In this document: positions 9,869 to 21,220 of the stretch, in pieces
How the letters are laid out: every line of letters begins with the position of its first letter
Numbering within the stretch: the first letter of the stretch is position 1
From: Perna viridis
Taxonomy: Eukaryota
Direction of reading: 5' to 3'
DNA length: 64,000 nucleotides
Assembly (NCBI GenBank): GCA_037379345.1
Contig: CM074517.1
Coordinates: 35,898,001-35,962,000, forward strand
Notes under the pieces: generated by a model
Told to the model about the DNA's origin: nothing
Database searches by the model: none
The model's input: only the letters and a program-made list of their open reading frames with translations
Translations under genes and position numbers: made by a program

Positions 9869-10638
9869 GACGCTTCACTTTTGCGGAAAATCGCCAGCAA
9901 TACCGAACCCAAGCATGGGTTCTTCTTCATCGTCTCTGGGAACGATCTAGTCAGATCTTGACCCGCTTCAATCCACCCCTCCAATTGCGCGAGGATAAAT
10001 CTTACGAGATGGCCCTAGTGAAACTGGAGACCTACTACTCCATCCCCAATATTCATGCAGGTAACAATTCCTTCCGCTACTCTCCCGATGACGGGGCTAA
10101 CTGGTTTTCCGTCGAGCTGAGCACCGGCTCTTACGGCATCGACGATATCAACGATGAGATCCAGCGGCAACTGCGGCTGCATAGGCACAAGGCTAAGGTC
10201 CTTCTCGATGCCAATCGTGCGACGCTGAGATCAACCCTCACCCTCGCCAGAAATTATCGAGTGGATTTCGACGTGTCCAATAGCATCAGTACGGTGCTTG
10301 GAATCGAGCGCCGGACGTATACCTACGACCGAAGCACCAACGGCTACGCGGAGGGTGAGAATATCGTCAATATCATCAGCATAAATAGCATCCTGGTGAA
10401 TAGCGATATCATCCACGGAAGCTACGTCAACGGCACGCAGCAGTCCACCATCTATAGCTTCTTTCCCGCTGTCGATCCGGGTATGAAGATCATCCAGACC
10501 CCCAAGAATCTCGTCTACTTACCCGTGACCCTGAGGACCATCGACCGTATGCAGACGTATCTGACCGATCAAGACGGCCGCCCCATCGATCTGCGAGGAG
10601 AGAATCTCACCATCAGCTTCCATCTGCGCGAGGTATAA
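9866..10638 (+). pseudogene. Single jelly-roll minor capsid protein (penton-like)
   Basis: ATG 9866 gives MDASLLRKIASNTEPK..IVSGN [frameshift near 9947] TRFNPPLQL..YEMALVKLETYYSIPNI...GSYVNG..IYSFFP..PG.KI..YLPV..LTDQDGRPIDLRGE. Confidence 0.9.
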
Positions 10639-10645
10639 ATAAATG
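10634..10645 (+). promoter_or_regulatory. TATAAATAAATG motif
   Basis: Contains the minor capsid stop and ATG 10643. Confidence 0.7.
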
Positions 10646-11350
10646 GATTATCAAGAGTACGGTCTCAACTTGACGAAAGGTCAGGCGGAGAAGATCCAGC
10701 GTGCGGCAAAGAAGGGTTGCCCCGTGAGCGTCCGATTGCTGCATGCAAACCTATCCGGTGAGCATAAGATGCTCCTCACTCACCGCCAGATCCAGCGCAT
10801 CACCAAGCTCTTGCAGAGTGGGAAGGGTGGTATGGTCTTGGAGATGAGTTCGAAGCAGGTGAGGAATAATATGCAGAAAGAAGGTGGATTCCTCCCCATG
10901 CTAGCAGGTCTTGTCTCTGCTGCGCTACCCATACTGGCCAAAACCGTGCTACCTGCTTTGGGCGTGGGTGCATTGAGCGGTTTGGGTAGTGTAGCCACCC
11001 AGAAGGCTGTGGGATCCGGATTATATCTCAAGAAGGGTGGGAAAGTATGCTGCGTGAAACCTCGTGGTCGTGGTCTGTATTTGAGTCCAGGCACTTTGCC
11101 CAATACATACGGTGATGGGCTATACTTGAAGAGCGGACGTCAGATCTACGATGGAAGTGGACTGATCCTTGGTCCTATTAGCCCCTTCAAAAGCATCACC
11201 ATCTTGGGCATGGAGGATGATGATATCGATAAATCTGAATTTGCAGGGGTTGTGAAATGTCTTAGTTTCTACTACGACGAAAAGCAGCAGCTGCGAAAAC
11301 CTTCCACGGCTACAACTTTTAGTGAAGACCTTACTGCGCATGCGCCGTAG
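10643..11350 (+). CDS. Putative virion core precursor with a pX-like GGFL hydrophobic segment and GxGLxL repeats; native 3' end probably lost near 11213
   Basis: Basic N-domain, KEGG|FLPMLAGLVSAALP, then GSGLYL, GRGLYL, GDGLYL and GSGLIL..SPFKSITILGM, followed by a compositionally unrelated tail. Confidence 0.7.
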   Translation: MDYQEYGLNLTKGQAEKIQRAAKKGCPVSVRLLHANLSGEHKMLLTHRQIQRITKLLQSGKGGMVLEMSSKQVRNNMQKEGGFLPMLAGLVSAALPILAKTVLPALGVGALSGLGSVATQKAVGSGLYLKKGGKVCCVKPRGRGLYLSPGTLPNTYGDGLYLKSGRQIYDGSGLILGPISPFKSITILGMEDDDIDKSEFAGVVKCLSFYYDEKQQLRKPSTATTFSEDLTAHAP

Positions 11351-11525
11351 GGATGATTCGTCCAACGCGCGCCTCGCTCGGCTACGCCTCGCTCCCCGCG
11401 CTTATTCCAGAATCCTCCAGATCAAAGTTCCTAGTGACCAAAAAAAAAAAAAAAAAAATTCCCAATCCAGTAATTTGGATTGGGAAATTTCGAACCCCTT
11501 ACCCATAGCCCTCGATTATTTTTTA

Positions 11526-11865
11526 TTACTTCCTCACAAGATCATAGGAGAGGTACTGCTGCTGAGATTTCTTGCTCACCTTGAATCCAGTGCTCCGAAC
11601 GAAAGCTCCTTGCAAAGGACCCTTCTCTTTGTTGAGCGAGAGGCAGGCCCATATCCTGGTGGTCTCTCCGTCTCGATCCTTCAGGGTGATGATTCTACTT
11701 TTGCCGAATTTTCCATCCACTTCTACCACCTCCAAGATCTTATAGATCACACCGGTGGGTAAGTCCTTCCATTTGAGTGCTTCCTGATTCTGATCCTGCA
11801 GCTTCTCCTGGAAGGCGTCTTCGCTGATGAAGTCATCCCATCTGTGGGAATGTCAACGAATCCAT
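11526..11865 (-). pseudogene. Putative OB-fold single-stranded DNA-binding protein
   Basis: The frame of 11526-11750 stays open upstream to about 11850 (WDDFISEDAFQEKLQDQNQEALKWKDLPTGVIYKILEVVEVDGKFGKSRIITL..RIWA..FVRSTGFK...YLSYDL). ATG 11865 is one frameshift away. Confidence 0.55.
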
Positions 11866-11867
11866 TG

Positions 11868-12011
11868 TGTACGAAAATCATAATTCTTGTATTTACCCTA
11901 TGCTCAATAGGAATGCCGTCCGTTTGCATTTGGCCGTCGGGGTCGGGGGTCCTATGCAGGATTTCCCCTTGAAAATGGCAAGTGCGGCAGAATCGGCCTT
12001 TTGAAACTACT
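11868..12011 (-). repeat. Right TIR (~144 bp), followed by candidate 6-bp target-site duplication ATAGTA (12012-12017)
   Basis: Pairs with 1-75, continues GC-rich to ACTACT at 12006-12011, then switches to host composition. The left TSD copy is outside the window. Confidence 0.9.
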
Positions 12012-12196
12012 ATAGTATGTCAAAAATCTAAACTCGACATTAACACAGAATAAGCGTGTGATACGCAACTGAACCAAAACCTGACAAACATGTTTAATTG
12101 CTCATGGACGTATGAAGATAAAAGGATATAGTAAGCTGTTAATATTGAATGTTGATATGAGACATGGGATGGTACATAAATGTTCTAGCTTGATTT

Positions 12197-15100
12197 TCAA
12201 ACTGAAAAATAAGGAAGATGTCCATTCTGCATTTTTAAAACAGCAACTACACTATATCAACGAATAATAAGGCAACGACCATTTTATTAGCGACTGGGGG
12301 TGGAGCAGGGCTTTTTAAAAATAAATATTTCAAATTTATTCCATATTTTCCCCATTACCTAAAAAGGCAGGTTTTCGTACGAAAATATTGATTTCGATTG
12401 CTGCTGAAATATGAAAAAAATAAAGAACCTCTAGTGAGCGCGCTCACATACCCCACACGTCACCATGTTGGATACTCAAGTAAATTTGTTCGTGAGAGAA
12501 ATACATGTAGAAGTTTGAAATTCCAGACTGTGATTTCTTTGAGTTTTAATTAATCCAAAGTAAATATCGTAGCGGAACAAAACGTACACTTCACCCGTAA
12601 CTTGTCACGGTGAACTTATATACCAAAAATCATGTCATAATCTGCAAGCGTTTAGAAAAGAAGTAAAAAAACGTTATTTCTGTGAATTTAGCTTAGTTTA
12701 CGGCCTGTAATTTCGGTAAAAATCATCGGAGCGGAACTTGTCCCGTAACTTATCATGTTGAATTTATATATTAAAAGTCATGTCAATATCTGCAAGCGCT
12801 TAGAAAAAAGTCCAGAAAACTGTTATTTCTATGAATTTTTCTAAGTTCAAGGCCCGTAATTTCGATAAAAATCATCGGCGCGGAACCAACGTTATACTTG
12901 ATCTGAACTTATCATGGTGAACTTGCATACCATAAATCATGTCAATATCTGCAAGCGTTTCAAATAAACTCCGGAAAACTGAAGACGGACTGGCGGGTCA
13001 AAAACATTATGCCCTCCGCAACTTCTTTGCATGGGGTATAAAAATGATACTTGCGCGATCAAGATTCTCATCAAACATCTAATCCAAGGCCCTATCAGGG
13101 TAAAAGTTGGTGATGCCTAAATAAAATGAACATATACTTACTTGGTGTTGATATGTTGCTATCGTAATGATGCAGATAACTTCTGGAAAAATGAAAGGAC
13201 GAACCCTGCAATTCAGCAGATGACTGATTTTTCTCAGAGTAACCTTTCCATAGGTGGTTTTCGATAACCGGAAGTGACCTAGGGGAAGGCACTGTAGAGT
13301 TTAGTTCAACATCATTTTTATGGACCTGTGATCCGCCATGTAAATGTGTCTTGGTTCGTTTCTTTTTCTTCTTTTTATCCTTTTTAACCCTTGTATCTGA
13401 GTCAACATATCCTCTTTGTTCATAGTATGCATTAACTTCTTTGTCTAAGTCACTGTGTACGACCGCCATTGTCTTATTTACGTGACCATACAATTTACTA
13501 GATTTTCCCTCTTCACTTTGCTCGTATAACGTATCTAAAATACAAATAATACTCCATTAAAATTAAAATTCATATTTTATGATAGAATAATAACTTGCTA
13601 CATGGCTATCTATAACATCAGACAGTATTGAAAATCTTTGTTTTATTACAATTAAGACAGAGTATTGTTTTTTACGAGTTTTTTTTTCTCAAAAAATAAA
13701 AGAAAAAATATTAGCTTCTCCTTTATAACATACGCAAATTTAAGAATATGATTGCATTTTATAATACCTGTAATAAGATCTAACTAGGTTGAGGATATTC
13801 TTTATTCTACACAATCTTATGTAAGGTGATCAAAAATAAGTTTTATGTCTCTCATTTGTTTGTTGTTTGATATACATGTATTTTTAAATTCTATATTTTG
13901 CGGAAGTGTTACTTGTCTTTGTTTATTTTAAATGATGACGCCAACGAGTAATTCGTGAGAGTGTTTTGTATGAATATTGTTAACACACTCTTACCATATT
14001 GTTTAAGTGACTTGATATGGCCTAATTGTCTGAAACTTGCAGGGAAATTGTTATTTAGGCTTAACGACGCCATAAGATCGTCCCATTTTGCACCATGAGT
14101 GTTACATCTTATAGCACCGATTCTTGGTCGCTTCACTTCTAAGTTCACTTCCATGTAATCCAATTGTAGTTGTCGTATGAACATTTTCCGTTTATGGAAT
14201 TTCCAGAAAGAACAAAGAAGGGTAATAAACATGCCTATGGCAACGAGGATTGATGGAATCCAGTACAGTAAAGCTTTTTCAACTGGTAAATCGTGCATTT
14301 TACCTGTAATTAAATTAGAAAACATAAAGTATCAACAATGTTCTTTGGATGAAAATGAAAGAGCATGGATCAGGTGCAACGTTAGAATATGTTTCCTGAC
14401 ATATACATACAACATTGGTGATTGCTGAAAAATTCCGAATGAATACTGCTAAGTCAATTGTTATTTCGATTACAATATCTTCAAGTTATGTCATATTTGA
14501 TATAAAATATTTTAAGTATTTAACTGTTTTGTTATGATAAATGCTTTTACTTCCAGTTGTATTGCTGGATGCATGTTTCTTTCTTGAATAATTTTTGAAT
14601 AATTCTTGAATTATTCTTGATTACACTGCCAGCGTGTCAACTTTATAATATTAAACTTAGATAGCCGTTTATGTAGCCACAATGCTTTTGAAAACCTTTA
14701 GAGTTTAAAAAAACAATGATATTGGTTTTAAACAACTTACAGTGATTTTGCATCAAAGATGTTCAATATTCTGTTGACAGGATTGAAGAATGAAACCCAT
14801 TCTCCTGTTTTTAACATTTTTTTACGGATGGCTGTTTAATGTTTTATGAAAATTCCCGTATTGTCCTACTCTATAATACCCCAAGCTTTTTTGTTCAAAT
14901 ACGTAAAAAATATTTCTAGAGAAATTCAAATCCAGGCATGTTGTAATGTCAATCTGGCATATGATGGACACAATAGACACTTATTGATAATACTGATAAT
15001 TATTATTGTTTTATAAGCTTTTTCACTTAGGGAAGTTAGTTTGTTTTTTAGCCATATCATTAAAGTAATTAATGTGGTTTAAGTAACGAACGATTAGTCG

Positions 15101-18100
15101 TCTTTGATAAAAGCTACGCTACAATACTTAGGATTTTCTCAGAGAACTGCAGTACATCACTCATTTTAGAATATCGAAATTTTCGGATGATAACATTGTG
15201 AGCGGATGAAACTTAAAAGAGATTACACACAAATCCATGTAATACTTTTATCTGGCTTAAAATATTAATGTTCGAAGTTCATAACATAATTTTTCAAGTT
15301 GGTGAACCATAAAGCATTACTTATTCAGTCTTTAACCATTTACATCTAAAAAAATAATTTTAAATATCGCCGAGACACCCATAATAATGAAAACTTATTT
15401 TTCTAGTACTCTAATGATACAACTTAGTAACAAAACAAAAGATGATAAATATTTTCTCTTAATAAAGTTCTTTCAGGTATTTCATAAATTTAATCTGTCC
15501 TGAACAAGTCAACCACAGAATCACGGCCGCCAAAGAGTTTACCGTACGAATCTTAGCTTCCTTTTTTTGTCTTTTAAGAGATACTTTAAAATAACATCTG
15601 AGCAAATTATAATTCCCATATAATTGTTTTTAATTAAAAAGAAGAATGTAATAGTTTTGCTTGAGACAATATGTCGTACACGAAATAAAGATTATATGAT
15701 TTTTGAATTTTTCAATCGCTAAATTGTCAGTTAAGAATAAAGAAACATGCTATTACGTTCGACCATTCACATGGAAAAATAAATTACTGATTTGACATAG
15801 TACTACGTCATTCTGTATAGCCTTTAAAGAAAATAATAGGTAATTTGGAAAGATTAGCTTTAATTTTTAATGACGTATCATTTTTTTAAATGGTAAGGTA
15901 TATCTGCCTTCTGTAGGAACGATATTAAGACATAACTATCTAACGACATTTGGGTATTTTTTTCTGGTCTTCCTTAATAAATCTGAGATTATATAATTAA
16001 TGAAAATTTCAAACAAGACGTTAAGATGCTAATGGTAATAAGGAGCCAAAAATCAATATTAAAGATTATGAAACTATTAAAACAATGTTTTCTAACGAAT
16101 CAGAAATGTCGTCTGTGGCTTGTCGTATGCCAACAAATGTATTCTAGCTGATTTTACAGATACAAACTGTAATTTATAAGCAATTGTAGCTTTGTTACAT
16201 TTATTATCATATCCCGATATTTGAACGACAACCACATGAATAAAAATGTAAATGTGCAGCCCGGCTAGTAAAATATTTATGCAAAATCCAAATCGAATAA
16301 AATTATCGAATAAGACCATTGATACATGGGAATCTATAGTTAAGTCATACCCAATAAAAATGACTAGAGTTTTACAAAAGATCCGTGGCAATATGTCAAA
16401 GCTACAAGTTACATTTCATATTTAAAAATGAGAATTTTTACTTTAAACGTAGTCATTTGTGCACTTTTGCTGAATTTTAAAAAAAAATAATAAAATAAAA
16501 CTGGAAATAATAAATTTATTACTTGTTTACTCTAATGTACATTTTGTTTCTTGATCATTTTAAAGTAATCTTAAAAGAGTAATCACAGGAACCAAGATTC
16601 TAGCGGAAATCAAAAGAATGTTATCCAGGGACAAAGACCAGACATGGAAAACAAACAAACTTAACCAAAAAAAAGCATGAAGTAACTAAAATAATAAATA
16701 CAAAGTAACAAAAATAAATGAGCAACTCGGACTCCACTAAAAACTGGGAGAAAGGATCAGTTGCACCAGTAGGGTAAGCGTCCTCTGTTTTTCTAGAAAC
16801 ACCCGCCGAGTTGCTCATAAAAGTCATTGAAGGGATGTTAACACAGATGAAAGGAAAGTTGACAATTCTGAATGAAAAGTCATCTAGTTTGTCGTAAAGT
16901 TTTGTCAATAGTTTTCCTTTACCATCGATCTCTAAGTGTAGGTCAAGATATGAGGCTGACTTCACAGTGTCTGTAGTATCCTGAAGCAGCAAATTGTCTT
17001 TTTTTCATAATTATCAATCACATAGACTATGTAAAATGCATTGACTTAATTAGAATCATTATATTTATTTACGATAACATTGGTAGATTGACATTTTCTT
17101 AAAGAGAGTCATTTTCCTCTCAAGATAAGTCAAATTGGTTCTGGGTCGTAAAAACCTTTCATTTTCAAGTTTTATTACATAGTGTTGATGAAAAACGATA
17201 GAACAACTATAAAAAAGCGAAGTGCGGATTCATTATTGAAATTGAAGCATTTATGTTATAAAATGATATTATAGAATTGGATAACCAGGTACAAATTAAA
17301 GTTCAAGAGTAAAGAAGATGTACGTCAACAAAGTGATTAAATTAACAACTATACAGAATATTAAGATAAACTTAATATCAGATTTTGGCTGTGATAATAT
17401 ACTTTTAAACGGTGTATTCCAGGGGCGGATCCAGACACTTTGAAATGGAGGGGTGTCAGACGGAATTCATCAGAAAAGGGGGAGCTAGGACATTATTTAC
17501 CTTTTTTGTTAATTTGTACATATGGCAATGACAAATTTTAGAATAAAAAGGAGGGGTGCCAACGCCCTGCACCCACTGGATCCGCCAATGAATTCTTCAT
17601 AACTATTAACAGTTTAAGACAGCTTAAATTTTAAACGACAAAAAGGGAACATAAAATCAACAGGGTTAATGGGCAACCTGTTATCTGTTTAGGATAACTT
17701 CAACAAATATCTGCTCACATTACGGAACTATTTAGGGTGACGGTTATTGATATATACTAAGGAATGCATTTTATCGGAAGTAGTTAACAGGGAGCAATAT
17801 AAGCGTAATGATACTTCCTGTCTAAATTCGAAATTGTGTCCTCTTTGGGATATGCAAATAGCTATTTTGCATCATTTAAATGATGAAATCAGAATGTAAA
17901 TATCCTTAAAGCGGAAGAAAAAATCACTCTCTCAAAAAAAATATTTTATTTATTTTCCTGTCTCATCGATTCACATCCAAATAAGTAATACTAATACTGT
18001 AAACGTATGTTGGTTGATCAATAAGAACGGTTGCAGTATATTTATAACTCTACATTCAATAATAGATTTTGGATGTCGATCGTCTTCATTTCCTGTTGTC

Positions 18101-20630
18101 AAGTCTGAATTGCCCTTCTGCTTTGATGCTTCGAATACTTTTGCAGATTTAACTTGAATCCTTTTATAAGATTTAAAATAATTTCACTATACGATGTTAT
18201 GTAAAAACTCAAACTAAAGGTAGATGTAAATCCTAAAAATTATAAACAAGAGGTCTATAATCAAACGTACCAAAATAGAAAGCCAAAGCTAGCACAAGAA
18301 GTTCTACCATATGCAATACAAGGAATTGAGCCTTGATGTATTATAAATTTTGATTTGTAATACTGTAAGTTTAGATACATAATATATGAAATGATTCGTT
18401 GTCAGACAAGTCTTACAACTGGGTTAGTGAATACTCTCCAGGAACTTTGGTCCTCCAGCAGTGGCATCGACCCAATGGTTTTTAAATACAAAAGAAGCAC
18501 CAACCACATAACATTGCAGATTTCGACAAGAAGTACACGTGTTTCAAGGATCAAACTCTCATCAGCAGCATTAAAATCAAATAAAAAGGAAGATCTCAAG
18601 CCTCCAGAAAGTATATACCTGACGTTCTCAAATCCAAAAGTGTCGAAATAGAAAGCTAAATCCATCACAAAGAAGTTACCCGGTGCAGTACAAGGAATGA
18701 AGACTTGTTTTATGAATTTTACGCAGGTGTTGAAGGGACGTTGTTACAGATAAAAGGAAAGTTGACAATACGGAATAAAAAGTCACTGTATTTGTCGTAT
18801 AGTTTGGTCAATAGTTTTCCTTCACCACCGATCTCTTAATGTAGGTCAATATATGGGGCTGACTTCACAGTGTCTGTAGTATCCTTTATCTCAAACTCTT
18901 GTGGGGAGATGCGATGCATAAAATTTATGAAATTGCCCTTTTCGAAAAACTTCAGAAAATGTAATATGATGAATTGTAAATTTTAGAACTCATCACTCTA
19001 ATTCCTATTTTAAAATGTAGAAAACAACGAAGCCGCTACAAGAACACTTAAGAAGACTCGTTACAAAAATTATTTTACATGCACAATTTTCAAATTGTTG
19101 ACTGCAGATTAAAAATAAGACCTTCTTAACCTTCTTAACTATTAGTCATATTATGACTTGAATAAGTTCTAGTTAAATATATTTCAAAGATGCAGAAATT
19201 CATAGAACTATAATGGAAATGAAGAAAATTTGTTAAATTATTTGGGCAATTTTTTTTTAAGATTTTACAGGATTGTAATACTAGTAGTAAATGTGAAAAT
19301 CATTATGTGACCATGAAACGTAACTTATTATAGGACGCAAACGTTAAATAATATTCCATAGATTCTAGAAAAACAGAAGCTTTGAAAGGCATGTCATAAG
19401 TTTTAATCAAATTATAAGTACCGCTCTGTATCGACTGTGCATCATACTTCAAAGAACATAAGATCAACAATATCTAAAACTAATTGAATGTTTTGAAACA
19501 GTTATTATTAATGTGATCTGTTTCTTACGCCATAATGGGAAAGTCTGTTACTGAATTCAATTCTAAATTGAAAATTGAATTTTAAAAGATCAAATAAGTT
19601 TTGTTATAAAAATTCACTGTACATATAATGACGATAAGTTCTTGAATAAAAGGAAAATTAATAATTATGTATTGCTACTAATAAGAGTTGGGCAGATTGA
19701 GATAAATCTTATCTGTTTTTTTAAACATCAATGCATTGATTATCCTATGAATTATCTACTCTCATTTGTTTCGTTGATTGTAGATAAATGTTCGTAAACA
19801 TCAAAGTGTGACACATTTTGCGTTAATGATTGTCATACTTGCTACACTTATATATCTTAAAACCCAGTGTATGTTATTTCCCTTTCTTTTGAAATCATTG
19901 AATTCATTGAATACAACCTTGTGTGTTTCATAGGGTTTTGTACTATAGAAGGCAGAATGTAAAATGTAAACAGTGATACATCTTTATCAGAAATGTGATT
20001 GTTTTTAGGTCATTTTGGGATTTTAAGAAAAACTAAAAAAAATGTCAAATAAGAGACAAAAGTCCTTCTCCGAAATGAACGTTGAAGCTAATACAAAATA
20101 CATCACTATAATAAATTTTCTGAAGTAGTTATTCGTACAAACTTTTCCAATCGAATGAATCTTTAGAAGGATAAACATGAGCTTAATTCATATATAAACA
20201 TACATCTAACTTATGTGCACTTTTAAAACGTAATCATCCCCTTAAAATAATGATATCAGAAATCGGAAACATCCTTAATTTGGTCGACTTTGAATCCATT
20301 TATAAAATGCTTGTATATAAATTAGTAAAAATTCTTAACATATAAGAATGAAAACAACAGTAAGCAACTCAATATATTGAAAAGATCTCGAAATTTATAA
20401 AACAACATAAGAAAGTAATCCATAGGTAAGAACTATCAATATCCACGTATTAACGAAACCACAAATACTTATCAACTAAAACAGACTAAACAAGCCTGTA
20501 AAACATCTTTGATAGAACTAAACATGTATATTTATTACCTGAATTCTATGTTGTATCGTTAAAAATCGAGCATTGATTTAAATTGTTAAGTCTTACCTGT
20601 ATTAACACTTTTTGATGTATTTGCTTCCAT
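12197..20630 (-). CDS. Spliced host gene encoding an uncharacterised single-pass (type III-like) membrane protein
   Basis: Phase-compatible GT-AG exons 20630-20597, 14303-13995 and 13534-13142, plus tentative 12403-12359 and 12201-12197. They give MEANTSKSVNTGKMHDLPVEKALLYWIPSILVAIGMFITLLCSFWKFHKRK... (N-glycosylation sequon, TM helix, basic stop-transfer). Confidence 0.6.
12420..13045. mobile_element. Non-autonomous Helentron-associated (HINE/pearl-like) element with ~150-160 bp internal tandem cores
   Basis: Three copies of CTT(A/G)TCA(T/C)G..GAA...ATCTGCAAGCG near 12601, 12749 and 12908; GACGGAC remnant; terminal imperfect palindrome GCCCTCCGCAA..TTGCATGGGGT followed by ATAAAA. Confidence 0.65.
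16576..16981 (-). mobile_element. Naiad-like Penelope element 3' fragment (internally deleted)
   Basis: Matches 61428-62090; encodes SASYLDL..TKLYDK.DDFSF. Confidence 0.85.
17420..17590. mobile_element. MITE with CAGGGGCGGATCCAG-type TIRs
   Basis: CAGGGGCGGATCCAG ... CTGGATCCGCCAATG; related to 39945-40180. Confidence 0.6.
18720..18924 (-). mobile_element. Naiad-like RT C-terminal fragment
   Basis: Diverged match to about 61935-62133. Confidence 0.75.
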
Positions 20631-21220
20631 GCCACTTCTTTCTAAGTATAAAAGTTTTCACGTAGAATATGTTTAACGTCGTTATGCAAGTTATTGATGA
20701 ATTCCAAAGACTCTATTGAAGACAAACTTGCTTACACAGGTCTTTTGTCTAGGAGCTCGTTAATACCTGTGCAGGGATTGATTTATTGGACTTTCCATTC
20801 TTTATTGGAACTTATAAATGCAATAAGACATTATCATCTACATCACAATTAGATAAGTTACTTTAGAAATTGAAATCAGTTAATAAAGTTTAAATGAATT
20901 GGCCGTTTAATCTTACTATTCCTACTTGAAAGAGAAATAAAGGGATCCAAGATTCTAGCAGAAATTTCTTTTTTGAGAAACTTAAGTTTATTTTCTTGAA
21001 AGTAAGTACTTTAGAGTAAACATATGAAATTTGTAAGCATATTCTTTTGGTTAAATAATGCTTTTGCTATCAAAGCTGAATTTAACCAAACTAAGTATTA
21101 AAAATGTTTAAGTTAAATAACACAAAAACAACCATTTAAGCATAATCAATGTTAAGCTCTATTTTTGTTTTAGTTGTTTAACCATGCATAAACAATATCT
21201 GGACAACCCGTTATTCCGTT

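Larger units (their letters stand above)
1..12011. mobile_element. Polinton/Maverick (adintovirus-like) endogenous virus, decayed; left end lies just outside the window
   Basis: GC-rich island that ends abruptly at about 12011 against AT-rich host DNA. It has TIRs, a right terminus ...AAACTACT (AGTAGT on the minus strand, the typical Polinton end), and pPolB, integrase, A32 ATPase, adenain, MCP and mCP genes. Confidence 0.97.

Noticed and set aside
11440-11526. A19 run and TTTTTAT as poxvirus-like early terminators or a retroposed tail
   Set aside because: No equivalent signal follows pol and there is no TSD; a homopolymer alone is not evidence.
18284-18715. ORFs 18391-18651 and 18402-18668 between two degenerate ~55-bp direct repeats
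   Set aside because: No recognisable domain or convincing splice phase, and the repeats are too diverged to call LTRs.
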